The position numbers and the translations under genes are program-made. Shown here in pieces: positions 7,574-17,988 of a stretch of DNA of 32,000 nt (its first letter is position 1; the number at the start of each line of letters is the position of its first letter). The stretch is taken from assembly GCF_001465295.1 (NCBI RefSeq), contig NZ_CP011035.1, forward strand, positions 630,001-662,000, in the 5' to 3' direction. Under the pieces are notes generated by a model. It ran no database searches. It was not told the origin of the DNA and worked only from the letters and a program-made list of their open reading frames with translations. This stretch comes from Pseudoalteromonas translucida KMM 520. Lineage in GTDB: Bacteria; Pseudomonadota; Gammaproteobacteria; Enterobacterales; Alteromonadaceae.

Positions 7574-8913
7574 GCCTTGATTGTGTAGCAGGGAACATAT
7601 TTACTGCCGGGCAGTTTCATTCTTCCCTCGTCAACATAAGCTTGTAATAACTTATCCATTGCTTTCATTAAACTAGGCTCGCCACTTAGAATATAGGGCC
7701 CATGTTGTTTAATTGCTTTTACGCCTTCTTCTTTGACATTACCGGCAACAATGCCCGAAAATGCGCGGCGTAAATTTGCAGCTAATAACTGTTTTGGTTG
7801 ATCTAGATGCAAGTCTAAGTTCGCCATTTGTTCATGTGATGGTATAAACGGCTGTTGAAAGTCATTTTCTATTTTTAATGTCCAGTTAAAATAGTAAGCA
7901 TCGCCTTGGCTTTTACGATAGTCGCGAACATTAGCCATGGTCGACTTTAATTTTTGCGCTACTAATTGTGGGTTATCTATAATAACTTCAAATTTACTGA
8001 GCGCTTCTACACCTAGTGTCATTTCAATAAAGTGGCACAGCTCTTTAAAATAGGCTTCACTTTGTTTTGGTCCTGTTAAAATAACCGGTAGGCACTGCTT
8101 GTCATTCTCTGGGTGTAATAATATCCCTAATAAATAAAGAAACTCTTCAGCAGTACCGGCGCCACCAGGAAAAATAATGATAGCGTGCGCAGTGCGTATA
8201 AAGGCTTCTAAACGTTTTTCTATGTCGGGTAAAATGACTAATTCATTTACAATTGGGTTAGGCGGCTCTGCTGCAATAATGCTGGGCTCGGTTAATCCTA
8301 AATAACGATTGTTTTTAATTCGCTGCTTGGCGTGGCCAATAGTAGCGCCTTTCATTGGGCCTTTCATAGCGCCAGGGCCACAGCCTGTACAAATGTTTAA
8401 GCCGCGCAGGCCCAGCTCATAACCTACTTGTTTGGTATATTTATACTCAACTTCACTAATAGAATGCCCGCCCCAACATACAATCATGCTTGGTTCGCTG
8501 TTTACTTTTAGTGCATCGGCATTTCTGAGCATATCAAAAACCATGTGGGTAATGGCTTTTTGTTCTTTAAGATCTTTTTCGTATTTTTGACATATAAATA
8601 AAATATCGCGGATCACAGAAAATATATGTTCGTGAATACCGGTAATAATTTCACCATCAACAAATGCGGTATCAGGTGCGTTAATTAGTTCTATTTTTAT
8701 GCCGCGCTCACGGCTAACTAAACGAATATCAAAGTCTTGGTATTTATCGTAGATGTCGCTACTTTCATCTGTATGGCTGCCTACGTTGAGGACGGCAAGC
8801 GCGCAGTTTCTAAATAATCGATAGCGTTCACTAGCGGAAGATTGCTCTAATAAATCAACTTCTAATTGCGACAGTAAATCTAAAACCCCAGTTGGGTTTA
8901 ACTGTATTAACAT
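7570..8913 (-). CDS. ppnN: Pyrimidine/purine nucleotide 5'-monophosphate nucleosidase PpnN (LOG family)
   Basis: LSQLEVDLL, NICTGCGPGAMKGPMKGA, TEPSIIAAEPPNPIVNEL, PGGAGTAEE and RRAFSGIVAGNVKEEG are colinear with E. coli YgdH/PpnN. Start set to the second ATG (8913), 7 nt after AAGGAG. The first ATG (8919) is only 1 nt from the SD. Confidence 0.9.
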   Translation of the reverse strand: MLIQLNPTGVLDLLSQLEVDLLEQSSASERYRLFRNCALAVLNVGSHTDESSDIYDKYQDFDIRLVSRERGIKIELINAPDTAFVDGEIITGIHEHIFSVIRDILFICQKYEKDLKEQKAITHMVFDMLRNADALKVNSEPSMIVCWGGHSISEVEYKYTKQVGYELGLRGLNICTGCGPGAMKGPMKGATIGHAKQRIKNNRYLGLTEPSIIAAEPPNPIVNELVILPDIEKRLEAFIRTAHAIIIFPGGAGTAEEFLYLLGILLHPENDKQCLPVILTGPKQSEAYFKELCHFIEMTLGVEALSKFEVIIDNPQLVAQKLKSTMANVRDYRKSQGDAYYFNWTLKIENDFQQPFIPSHEQMANLDLHLDQPKQLLAANLRRAFSGIVAGNVKEEGVKAIKQHGPYILSGEPSLMKAMDKLLQAYVDEGRMKLPGSKYVPCYTIKA

Positions 8914-9129
8914 CGGCATTCTCCTTGCTGTTTAATACCAATTGAATGCAAGTGTTGATTGTTCTAGCAGGTTAAGCTCATTAAGGGCACTTGAACTTAT
9001 ATAAGTAATATATAAGGCGGCGTACTTTTTTAGAGCGGTTGCTATAATTAACGACTCATTTAATACAATTGGCATAAAATGTAAAAAACTAGCTAGTTAT
9101 AAAACTCAAAAAAATTGAGCTAAATAACA

Positions 9130-10665
9130 TTATTTACGTATACACAGGCGATCCCGACCTGCGTTTTTGGCTTCGTATAAAGCATCGTCTGCTCTATCAA
9201 ATGCCTTTAATAATGTGTCACCTTGTTTAAACTGAGTTGCGCCAAGTGACACTGTAATTTCTATTTGCTTATCTTTAAACTTAAACGGGATCTTTTTTAT
9301 ATTCTTTTTAAGCTTTTCGAGTTGTGGAATGGCATGCTCTAAAGAGGTGCCTGGCATTAAGAGTACAAATTCTTCGCCGCCATAACGCGCTATAAAGTCT
9401 GTTTTATCTATCGACTTTTGCAAGGCTTTAGCAATAACTTGTAGCGTAATATCTCCAGCCGTATGACCAAACCTGTCGTTTATTGACTTAAAATAATCTA
9501 CGTCTATTACCGCTAGAGTAACATCGGATGCTTGCACATTAAATAAGTGCATTTCGTGATTATACCGCTCATCGAAGGCGGCCCGGTTTGGCAGTTTGGT
9601 TAGGCTATCGAGCAGGCTTTGAAAACGTTGATCGTTAAGACGCTTTTTATATTTGGTGAGTTTATTTTCTAAGCTGCCAATACGATTATTTATTTTATCA
9701 AAGCTGGTTATAAGTACTTTGCGATCTTTGCGTTCAAGTTCTTCTTTGGCAATAAAATCTTCACCGAGGGACTTTAGTTCATGATCAACCAATTTTCTTA
9801 ACGATGAAATTGAGGTGGTACACTTGGTTTGCTCATTAAGATTATTAATTTTAGTTTTTATACGTTTATTTAATGCGTCAAACTCAATCCCCATAGATTC
9901 GGAATGTTTACTGGTCGAAAAAATCGAATGGTGTAACTCTTCTAAGGTTTTATTTAAAGACACTAAAAAACTTTGCGCTGATTGGCGCTCGTTATTAATA
10001 TTTTTTACAATAATACTAATAATTTCAATTGCGGCAGCGAGTAAGTCATCTACTGTATTACTTTGTAAAATGGCAGTTCTTATTGATTGAATTTGCTCTG
10101 CAGCTTCATCTTCAAGTACCAGCTGGTGGGCAAGTTCTAATAACTTTTTAGCAATTACTGGAGTGTCGGTATGTTGCTCTGCGGGTATTGCATTAAATTT
10201 AGTCTGTAACGCTTGGTTATAAATAGTAATTAATTGATTTAATAGCGGTATAAAACCATGGGTTGACTGAACGTTGTCAAGTTCATTATCTAACAAGTTA
10301 CGCAGCGCTCTACGTGTGTCGTCAGGTAAGCCATTGGTTTTTTGTAATTGCTTGCCAGCATTTTTTACACTTGTGCGTAAATCTCGCTGATGGGCGAGTT
10401 GAGTGGCTTCTTGGCTTTTTAAAAGTACTAAAATATCATTAATTAACGGCGATAAGTGCTCAAAGCTAACCCCTTTATTAAGGGCGCTTCTAAATTTAGC
10501 TAGACGATTATCTAATTCAATATCAAGACCCTTACAGCTTAAAGACAATTTAGCTGCAAAATTTGACAGAGTGTCTACTTGAGTTTTCCTTGCGCTCTCA
10601 ATTACTATTCGTTGTTCAATAGCTTGTTTGAGTTTTTTGTCCATAGAATTAGATTTATCAGGCAC
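9130..10665 (-). CDS. Diguanylate cyclase with a roughly 340-aa coiled-coil N-terminal region (GGEEF active site)
   Basis: C-terminal GGDEF domain: LPNRAAFDE, DVDYFKSINDRFGH, RYGGEEFVLL. The RxxD I-site position reads DKTD, so the I-site is absent. The start is ambiguous between GTG 10665 and ATG 10644. Confidence 0.9.
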   Translation of the reverse strand: MPDKSNSMDKKLKQAIEQRIVIESARKTQVDTLSNFAAKLSLSCKGLDIELDNRLAKFRSALNKGVSFEHLSPLINDILVLLKSQEATQLAHQRDLRTSVKNAGKQLQKTNGLPDDTRRALRNLLDNELDNVQSTHGFIPLLNQLITIYNQALQTKFNAIPAEQHTDTPVIAKKLLELAHQLVLEDEAAEQIQSIRTAILQSNTVDDLLAAAIEIISIIVKNINNERQSAQSFLVSLNKTLEELHHSIFSTSKHSESMGIEFDALNKRIKTKINNLNEQTKCTTSISSLRKLVDHELKSLGEDFIAKEELERKDRKVLITSFDKINNRIGSLENKLTKYKKRLNDQRFQSLLDSLTKLPNRAAFDERYNHEMHLFNVQASDVTLAVIDVDYFKSINDRFGHTAGDITLQVIAKALQKSIDKTDFIARYGGEEFVLLMPGTSLEHAIPQLEKLKKNIKKIPFKFKDKQIEITVSLGATQFKQGDTLLKAFDRADDALYEAKNAGRDRLCIRK

Positions 10666-10869
10666 CTAAACATACCGCCATTGTGTTAATTAGTATCAGT
10701 TAAGTTTACAACAAATTTATATTAAGTGTAGTTATCTCATTAAAAACTTTGCATTTTAATAAGATATTGTCAATAAACGTATCTAAAAGTCTATTTATCG
10801 CTTTTAATTCACTTTTAAATAGCGCCTTGTTAGTCTTCTTTACACACTAAGTTATCTTTATGAGCCATT

Positions 10870-12657
10870 ATGAAAAAGCTATTAGCGCTGTCTATTTTAG
10901 CCGCATGTTCTGCCCCTACGTTTGCTGATGTAAATTATTCATTAAACATTTCTGAGCCACAGCATCACTTAGGTAATGTTACGGTAGAGTTTCCTAAAAC
11001 GGCACAAGCGCATTTAGACATTAAATTACCTGCATGGCGCACTGGGCGTTACGAAATATTAAATTTAGCCAATGGGGTGCGTTACTTTGATGCAAAAGAC
11101 AGTGCGGGTAACACCCTAAAGTGGGAAAAAATTGATCACAGCACTTGGCGTGTACACTTAAATAAGCCAACTAAAGTGAACTTAGAATATCAAGTATACG
11201 CAAATGAGCTTGGCAAGCGTGCGCGTCATATTGATGATAGCCATGCATTTATTGATGCATCAGGCTTTTTTATGTTTAGTGACTCATTTCGACAAGAGCC
11301 CGTTACGGTTAATTTAGAGGTGCCTAAACAGTGGCGATCTGTTTCTGGAATGAAAAATAACAAAGGTAAAAATACATTTAAGGCGGCAGATTATGACGTA
11401 CTTGTAGATTCACCAATCGAGACAGGTATTAACCAATTACACACCTTTAAAGTTGATGGCCGTGAATACGATTTAGTTATATGGGGTGATGGTAATTATG
11501 ATGTAGAGCTCATGCTAACTGATCTAAAAAAATTAGTGGCTACTGGCAATGTAATTTGGGACGGCTACCCGTATGAACGTTATGTATTTATGGTGCATGC
11601 AACATCGGGAGCGGGTGGTGCTACTGAGCATTTAAATTCGACTATTATTCAGCGTCCGCGAGACCGATTTGCTAAACGCGAAGATTACTTAGCCTTTATA
11701 AGCACTGCGGCACATGAGTTTATTCATACTTGGAACGTTAAAGCATACCGTCCAGCGGGCCTAACACCTTACGATTACACCAATATGAATTACTCTAAAT
11801 TACTCTGGATAGCAGAGGGCTCAACCAGCTATTTTGAAGATCATTTATTAGTGCGTTCAGGTATTCAAAGCACTGATGAGTTTTTTAATCTACTGAGTAA
11901 AACAATTAATCGTCACTTACAAACACCAGGTCGCGAAGTACAAAGCGCCAGCGAAACCAGCTTTGATAAGTGGATAAATCAAGGTGGGGATCACGCGCGT
12001 AATTACTCAACTAATATTTATTCAGAAGGCTCATTGTTATCACTTGCTTTAGATATTGATTTACTAGAAAAAAGCCAAGGTAAAATCAGTTATCGCGATG
12101 TACACAAGGCACTTTATAAGCAACATAAATTACCTGCAGGTTTTACTTCTTTAGATGTACTCAATATTTTAAAAGACCTAACCGGGCGTGATTATAACAC
12201 TTGGTGGCAAGCTAATGTTGACTCGCCAGCCGCACTAAATTTTGACGAGTTACTCAATAAAGTAGGTTTAACATTTGAGCGTCCAGAAAAAGCGAAAGCC
12301 TTAGCGAGTATAGATGCTGTGGCAAAAAATACTGGCCAACTCCTTACGCTTTCGCATGTTAAACGCGGCGGCAGTGCATGGCAGGCAGGCTTAACAACAG
12401 ATGATAAAATTGTTGCTATTAATAAGCATCACGTTGGCAAGGATTTAACCAGCAGCCTAGAAATGTATAAAGCAGGGGATAAAATTACAATTGATTATAT
12501 TCGCCGCGATGCACTTGCTAGCACCAGCTTAGTTTTATCAGAAGATTTTGATAAACCTAAAAAGGTGATTGTTAATAAGCAAGCATCGAGTGAACAAAAA
12601 GCGTTGTTTAAGGCATGGATAGGTGTTGAATATCCTAATAACGCTAAAAAAGATTAA
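10870..12657 (+). CDS. Secreted M61-family (glycyl aminopeptidase-like) metallopeptidase with a C-terminal PDZ domain
   Basis: Signal peptide MKKLLALSILAACSAPTFA/DV, a HEFIHTWN zinc motif, and a PDZ-like GGSAWQAGLTTDDKIVAIN near the C-terminus. Confidence 0.85.
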   Translation: MKKLLALSILAACSAPTFADVNYSLNISEPQHHLGNVTVEFPKTAQAHLDIKLPAWRTGRYEILNLANGVRYFDAKDSAGNTLKWEKIDHSTWRVHLNKPTKVNLEYQVYANELGKRARHIDDSHAFIDASGFFMFSDSFRQEPVTVNLEVPKQWRSVSGMKNNKGKNTFKAADYDVLVDSPIETGINQLHTFKVDGREYDLVIWGDGNYDVELMLTDLKKLVATGNVIWDGYPYERYVFMVHATSGAGGATEHLNSTIIQRPRDRFAKREDYLAFISTAAHEFIHTWNVKAYRPAGLTPYDYTNMNYSKLLWIAEGSTSYFEDHLLVRSGIQSTDEFFNLLSKTINRHLQTPGREVQSASETSFDKWINQGGDHARNYSTNIYSEGSLLSLALDIDLLEKSQGKISYRDVHKALYKQHKLPAGFTSLDVLNILKDLTGRDYNTWWQANVDSPAALNFDELLNKVGLTFERPEKAKALASIDAVAKNTGQLLTLSHVKRGGSAWQAGLTTDDKIVAINKHHVGKDLTSSLEMYKAGDKITIDYIRRDALASTSLVLSEDFDKPKKVIVNKQASSEQKALFKAWIGVEYPNNAKKD

Positions 12658-12683
12658 CATTAATGAGTTAAAAATTAATAACT

Positions 12684-12711
12684 AAAAGGAGCAAGGGCTC
12701 CTTTTTATTTT
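12684..12711 (+). terminator. Rho-independent terminator after the M61 peptidase gene
   Basis: AAAAGGAGC-AAGG-GCTCCTTTTT, 27 nt after the stop. Confidence 0.7.
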
Positions 12712-12882
12712 TACACTCTTATATTGCCACATTACCTAAAAGCGTTAAGCTTGCTTTTTAAGTTATATACGAGCTGATAAGCTAAGTAATTAATCTCATC
12801 AGCATTTATTCCCTCCTTTAAGTGTTAATTTAATTATTTCGTTCTATTATTAATATTAAGTATTGTTTAGTAATTAATCAAA

Positions 12883-14985
12883 ATGAAATCTAAAAATAAT
12901 ATACATACTTTAGCTCACCAATATGTTGTTAATGACCCATTACATCAATTATTTGATGCTGTAAATGCTATTTCTGTACAGGGATATGATGAGCAACGCC
13001 GTGTTATTTATTGGAATAAAGGCAGCGAAGTGCTCTATGGTTATACCAAAGATGAAGCAACAGGTAAAAAGCTTGAAGATTTAATTATACCAAGTGGTTT
13101 ACGTGAGGCCGTGGTTGATGGCCACGGTAATTGGATTAATAATGGCATAGAAATTCCTGCAGCAGAGCTAACTCTTCGTGATAAAAATAATAATGATGTT
13201 TCGGTGTTCTCAAGCCATGTAATGTTTATAAATCAATATGGCATTAAACAAATGTATTGTATTGATATTGATTTAACCGATGTTAAACAGGCACAAGAAC
13301 AGGCTATGTTTAGAGAAGAAATGTTGGAAACAATATTTGAGGCTATTCCTGATCTATTTTTTGTAATGCAAGAAGATGGCAAAATTCTTGATTATCAAGC
13401 CAGTAGCAGTAGTAGTAGCAGTAATCTTTATGCTTTACCTCAGCAATTTATTGGCAGCAGTATGTTTGATTTATTACCAGACGATGTTAGCAGTAAGTTT
13501 AGAAAATATATCTCCCAAGCCTTAAGCCAAAAACAGATGGTGAGCTTTCAATATGAACTAACCATGCCACTGGGAGCTGTGTACTTTGAGGCAAGAATTA
13601 ACCATGTTTCTCAATATCAGCAAGTTATGGTTATTATTCGAGATATTACTGAGCAGCACAAAGCAGAAGAGTTGATCCGTAAACAAGCTTATTATGATAA
13701 TTTAACCTCATTACCTAACCGTTTTTTAGCACTTGACCGTTTATCGCATATGCTTCTTGAAGCACAAAGAAACAAGGGGCAAGTGGCAGTGCTTTTTATT
13801 GATTTAGATAACTTTAAAAAAGTAAATGACTCGTTTGGCCATGAACTAGGCGATAAGCTACTGGTAAAATCAGCTGCAAGATTACAGCAAGTCATCCGCA
13901 AAGAAGACACCATAGGACGTTTAGGAGGAGATGAGTTTATTGTACTGTTACGGGGTATTAATAGTCATTATAACGCAATAGATATTGCAGAAAAGCTACT
14001 GAAAAGTTTTACCTCGCCATTTAAAATTGAAGGGAGAGAACTTGTACTCACTATGAGTATAGGGGTTGCTATGTTCCCCGAAAATGGCGATACAGCGTCT
14101 GATCTTTTACGCAATGCAGATACGGCAATGTATCAAGCAAAAGCCTTGGGACGTAACAGTTACTCGTTTTTCACTCCACAAATGAACGTAGTAATTCAGC
14201 GTCGCCTTGCGATAGAGGAGCAGATGCAAGGTGCGTTGCAGCGTAATGAATTTGAATTACATTATCAACCACAGTTAGATGTTAAAAATAAACATGTTAC
14301 CGGCGCCGAAGCTTTGTTGCGTTGGTATAACCCAGTGCTGGGGAATATACCGCCCGATGAGTTTATTCCAATAGCCGAGCATAATGGACTTATTATTCCC
14401 ATTGGAAAGTTTGTTATTAAGCAAGCCTTACAGCTTTTAAAAAAATGGCAAAATCAGTGTCTTAATAAAGGGCAACACCATAAATATACTATGGCTGTTA
14501 ATTTATCCCCTAGTCAATTTAGAGACACAGCGCTACTTAGTTTTATAAAAGACACCCTGAGCGAGCTAGATGTAAACGCTAAATATTTAGAGTTAGAAAT
14601 TACCGAGGGGGTGTTAATGAATGCTAAATTGAATATAAACGACACCTTGCAAGAAATAACTAAATTAGGCATAAAGTTATCAATGGATGACTTTGGTACA
14701 GGGTATTCATCATTAAGCTATTTAAGGCAGTATCCTTTTAATGTTTTAAAAATTGATCGCATATTTATTAATGGCATTACATCCAAAAAAGAAGACTGTA
14801 ATTTAGTCAAAGCAACTATAGCCATGTCGCATAGCTTAGGGTTAACCGTAGTTGCTGAAGGAGTGGAAACGAAAGAGCAGCTTGTTTTACTTGGTGAGTT
14901 AAATTGCGACTTTGTACAAGGTTACTATTTTAGTAAGCCATTACCAGAGGAGTTGTTATTGGATTTTCCACCAACGTTTTTATAA
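12883..14985 (+). CDS. Cytoplasmic PAS-PAS-GGDEF-EAL c-di-GMP turnover protein
   Basis: LPNRFLALDR, DLDNFKKVNDSFGH, RKED (I-site) and RLGGDEFIVLL mark the GGDEF part. GAEALLRW, MDDFGTGYSSLSYL, AEGVETKEQ and QGYYFSKP mark the EAL part. Both catalytic motif sets look intact. Confidence 0.9.
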   Translation: MKSKNNIHTLAHQYVVNDPLHQLFDAVNAISVQGYDEQRRVIYWNKGSEVLYGYTKDEATGKKLEDLIIPSGLREAVVDGHGNWINNGIEIPAAELTLRDKNNNDVSVFSSHVMFINQYGIKQMYCIDIDLTDVKQAQEQAMFREEMLETIFEAIPDLFFVMQEDGKILDYQASSSSSSSNLYALPQQFIGSSMFDLLPDDVSSKFRKYISQALSQKQMVSFQYELTMPLGAVYFEARINHVSQYQQVMVIIRDITEQHKAEELIRKQAYYDNLTSLPNRFLALDRLSHMLLEAQRNKGQVAVLFIDLDNFKKVNDSFGHELGDKLLVKSAARLQQVIRKEDTIGRLGGDEFIVLLRGINSHYNAIDIAEKLLKSFTSPFKIEGRELVLTMSIGVAMFPENGDTASDLLRNADTAMYQAKALGRNSYSFFTPQMNVVIQRRLAIEEQMQGALQRNEFELHYQPQLDVKNKHVTGAEALLRWYNPVLGNIPPDEFIPIAEHNGLIIPIGKFVIKQALQLLKKWQNQCLNKGQHHKYTMAVNLSPSQFRDTALLSFIKDTLSELDVNAKYLELEITEGVLMNAKLNINDTLQEITKLGIKLSMDDFGTGYSSLSYLRQYPFNVLKIDRIFINGITSKKEDCNLVKATIAMSHSLGLTVVAEGVETKEQLVLLGELNCDFVQGYYFSKPLPEELLLDFPPTFL
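13402..13422 (+). repeat. AGY trinucleotide run encoding Ser7 in the inter-PAS linker
   Basis: agt agc agt agt agt agc agt, read directly from the sequence. Confidence 0.9.
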
Positions 14986-15163
14986 ATACCCACATATTAT
15001 ATAAAGTAGTTATAAGTAAATACAAAATATAGCTGCCTCAGTTTGCTATTAACGCTATAAATGGAGGTTTAAAGGCTGCATTGTAACAATTTATTACCAC
15101 GGTATTGACCTGCATAATACTTCACGAGTAACCTGTTATAGAAACAATAAAAAGGACTCTATA

Positions 15164-17335
15164 ATGCGTTTAACACCTCTTGTCGCTACAATAGCATCAA
15201 CTTTAGCAATTACACTCTCAAGCACTGTAATTGCAGATGAAGGCATGTGGCAACCACATCAGCTTCCAGAATTAGAATCAATATTAAAAGCCAAAGGGCT
15301 TGAAATAGATGCTAAATCTATTTCAAAATTAACCGAATTCCCGATGAATGCGGTAATTAGCCTAGGTGGTTGTACGGCATCATTTGTATCGCCAAAAGGT
15401 TTAGTGGTAACAAACCATCACTGTGCTTATGGCTCTATTCAATACAACTCAACAACCGATAATAATATTTTAGAAAATGGCTTTTTAGCTAAAACTCCAG
15501 CGCAAGATTTACCCGCAGCTCCTGGCTCTCGTGTTTATGTTACCAAAACCGTAACTAACGTTACCGACAAAGTAATTAAAGGTACTCAAAAGTTAAGTGC
15601 TAAAGCACGCTACGATGCCCTTGAAAAAAACGAAAAAGCATTAGTAGCTCAGTGTGAAGCCGATGAGAGCTATCGTTGTAATGTGTATTCGTTTCATGGT
15701 GGCTTAGAGTATTACCTCATTAAATCGCTAGAAATAAAAGATGTCCGCTTAGCATACGCGCCTGCGATGGGCGTAGGTAAATATGGTGGCGATATAGACA
15801 ACTGGATGTGGCCGCGCCATACCGGCGACTTTGGTTTTTACCGTGCTTATGTAGGAAAAGATGGTAAGCCAGCACAGTACAGCGAAGATAACGTACCTTA
15901 TGAACCCGATTCTTACTTAAGTGTAAGTGCTAAAGGTGTGCAAGAGGGCGACTTTGTAATGGTAACCGGCTATCCGGGACGTACTAACCGTTACCGTATT
16001 GCTGCAGAAGTAGATAACGTATTTAACGACAGCTATCCTAAAGCGCGTGAACATAATTCAAAATACGTAGCACTTATTGAAGAAAACTCAGAGGACGGTA
16101 GTAAAGCCCGTATAGCATACGAAAGCACCATTGCAGGTTACAACAATTACATTAAAAACTATGGCTCAATGATAGAAAGCTTTAAAAAAGGCACCATGTT
16201 TGAGCGCAAAAAACAGTTTGAGCAAGAGCTAACTCAATGGATAAATAGTGATAAAACACGCAAGCAGCAATATGGCGATGTTTTAAATGAGCTATCGGCA
16301 TTAGTAGCGCAATCGCAACTGCATAGCGAGCGCGATCGTATGTTAGGTTATGTGCATAGATCACAAATGATCAGCACCGCTCGCAGCTTATACCGTTTAG
16401 CGTATGAGCAACAAAAGCCAAATGCAGAGCGAGAGTCTGGATATCAAGAACGTGACTTACCGCGTATTAAAGCAGGGCTTGAGCGTATGACGCGTCGCTT
16501 TGATACCAATGTAGATAAAGCTATATTACTGCACTTTTTAGAGCTTTATGCTGCACTTCCTAAAGAAGAGCGCTTTAGCGAGGTTGATAAGGTATTTAAA
16601 CTACAAAATGGCTTTGATAAAGCCAAACAAAGTGCACTGCTTGAGCAAATGTATACGAAATCAACACTTGATAACGAAGTGGTGCGCAATTCATTGTTTG
16701 AGCAATCGTTTAGCCAGTTAAACCAAAGCCAAGACCCATTTATGCAATACGCTAAAGCGATATTTGCAGTAATGAAAACTGAAGAAGATAAATCAAAAGC
16801 ACTTGCAGGCAAGTTACAAGCTGCTCGCCCACAATTAATGAGCGCTATTATTGCCTTTAATAAAGCACAAAATAAGGCCGTATATGCAGATGCAAACAGC
16901 ACATTACGAGTAACTTACGGCACGGTAGGAGGCTACTCACCACAAGATGGTTTAGTGGCAACACCGTTTACGTCATTAGAAGGTTTACTGGCTAAAAATA
17001 CCAATGTAGAGCCATTTAATGCACCTAAAAAGCTACAACAGCAAATTAAAGCGAAACTTTACGGTGATTACACCGGCGGCATGAACACAGTACCGGTTAA
17101 CTTTTTATCAAATGTAGATACAACCGGCGGTAACTCAGGCTCGCCAACACTCAATGGTAAAGCTGAGCTGGTGGGTTTATTGTTTGATGGCGTATATGAA
17201 AGCATTATTGGCGATTGGGATTATAACCCAGAGCTAAACCGCTCAATTCACGTAGATTCTCGTTACATGTTATGGGTAATGGACAAGGTAGATAATGCCC
17301 AAAATTTATTAGATGAAATGAAAATAGTAAAATAA
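15164..17335 (+). CDS. Secreted S46-family dipeptidyl peptidase (DPP7/DPP11-like)
   Basis: Signal peptide followed by ADEGMWQPHQLP, which is the typical mature N-terminus. Catalytic VVTNHHCAYG (His) and GGNSGSP (Ser). AAGGA lies 8 nt upstream of the ATG. Confidence 0.9.
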   Translation: MRLTPLVATIASTLAITLSSTVIADEGMWQPHQLPELESILKAKGLEIDAKSISKLTEFPMNAVISLGGCTASFVSPKGLVVTNHHCAYGSIQYNSTTDNNILENGFLAKTPAQDLPAAPGSRVYVTKTVTNVTDKVIKGTQKLSAKARYDALEKNEKALVAQCEADESYRCNVYSFHGGLEYYLIKSLEIKDVRLAYAPAMGVGKYGGDIDNWMWPRHTGDFGFYRAYVGKDGKPAQYSEDNVPYEPDSYLSVSAKGVQEGDFVMVTGYPGRTNRYRIAAEVDNVFNDSYPKAREHNSKYVALIEENSEDGSKARIAYESTIAGYNNYIKNYGSMIESFKKGTMFERKKQFEQELTQWINSDKTRKQQYGDVLNELSALVAQSQLHSERDRMLGYVHRSQMISTARSLYRLAYEQQKPNAERESGYQERDLPRIKAGLERMTRRFDTNVDKAILLHFLELYAALPKEERFSEVDKVFKLQNGFDKAKQSALLEQMYTKSTLDNEVVRNSLFEQSFSQLNQSQDPFMQYAKAIFAVMKTEEDKSKALAGKLQAARPQLMSAIIAFNKAQNKAVYADANSTLRVTYGTVGGYSPQDGLVATPFTSLEGLLAKNTNVEPFNAPKKLQQQIKAKLYGDYTGGMNTVPVNFLSNVDTTGGNSGSPTLNGKAELVGLLFDGVYESIIGDWDYNPELNRSIHVDSRYMLWVMDKVDNAQNLLDEMKIVK

Positions 17336-17392
17336 GTTAAGCTTAAAAATAAAGGCGAGCCTTTATTTTAGCTGAACTTTATAACAAATAAT

Positions 17393-17426
17393 AAAATGCC
17401 ACTTGTTATTAACAGGTGGCATTTTT
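17393..17426. terminator. Bidirectional terminator between the convergent S46 and SEC-C genes
   Basis: AAAATGCCAC...GTGGCATTTTT is a long hairpin flanked by A4 and T5. Confidence 0.7.
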
Positions 17427-17468
17427 ATATTAAAGAATGAGAAAGGGTATTAAATTGTGAGCTCTAAT

Positions 17469-17801
17469 TTAAGCACAACACTTTTTATACTTTTTACCAC
17501 TACCGCATAAACAAGGAGAGTTACGCTCAGGGACTTTATCGAATACTTGCGGTGTAGACTTAACCAGCGCAAATTCAAGCTCTCTTATATCTTCATCACT
17601 TTGAGTATTAAGCTCTACTGCAGCAAATAACTTATGTTCTTTTACTATTGCTTCTACTTCTAACTTGCGCTGTGGTGAGTTAACCACTAACGATAATGGA
17701 TGAAGCTCGCTGCCCACTTTTTCATTGCGCTTAGGACTAAAACCGTTACTGTTATTTTTACCCATTATATCGGGCTTACCCATAAAGAAAAATTTAGACA
17801 T
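17469..17801 (-). CDS. Small SEC-C/SWIM metal-binding-motif protein (110 aa or shorter)
   Basis: The C-terminal CLCGSGKKYKKCC is the SecA-type SEC-C zinc motif. It resembles the small marine-bacterial SWIM/SEC-C family (PBPRA1643-type, from memory). No good SD precedes any of the three candidate ATGs (17801, 17783, 17765). Confidence 0.65.
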   Translation of the reverse strand: MSKFFFMGKPDIMGKNNSNGFSPKRNEKVGSELHPLSLVVNSPQRKLEVEAIVKEHKLFAAVELNTQSDEDIRELEFALVKSTPQVFDKVPERNSPCLCGSGKKYKKCCA

Positions 17802-17988
17802 TATACTTATATAACCGTTCTACATTATTTAGACGGCGTATCCTAACAGCTTAGGCATAATATAACTAAGATGTACGCACTATTAGCCAATTTAAATAGT
17901 CTAGCTAACAAAGTTGCGTCAATAAGCATAACGACCTATCAAGCAATCAATATTAAGCAAAGCACTTAAATTAAAAGTGAGCATACCC

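Noticed and set aside
16546-16902. Antisense or nested ORFs inside well-supported genes: 2102-2320, 3698-3982, 3711-3914, 4139-4351, 4695-4904, 5271-5459, 9815-10090, 13692-13913, 16182-16364, 16546-16902, 18696-18896, 18718-19089, 20556-20765, 22200-22469, 26535-26747, 27355-27600, 30430-30726, 31279-31611
   Set aside because: All are fully embedded in, or antisense to, genes with strong homology. They have biased low-complexity compositions typical of off-frame translation, and I see no SD or independent motif for any of them.
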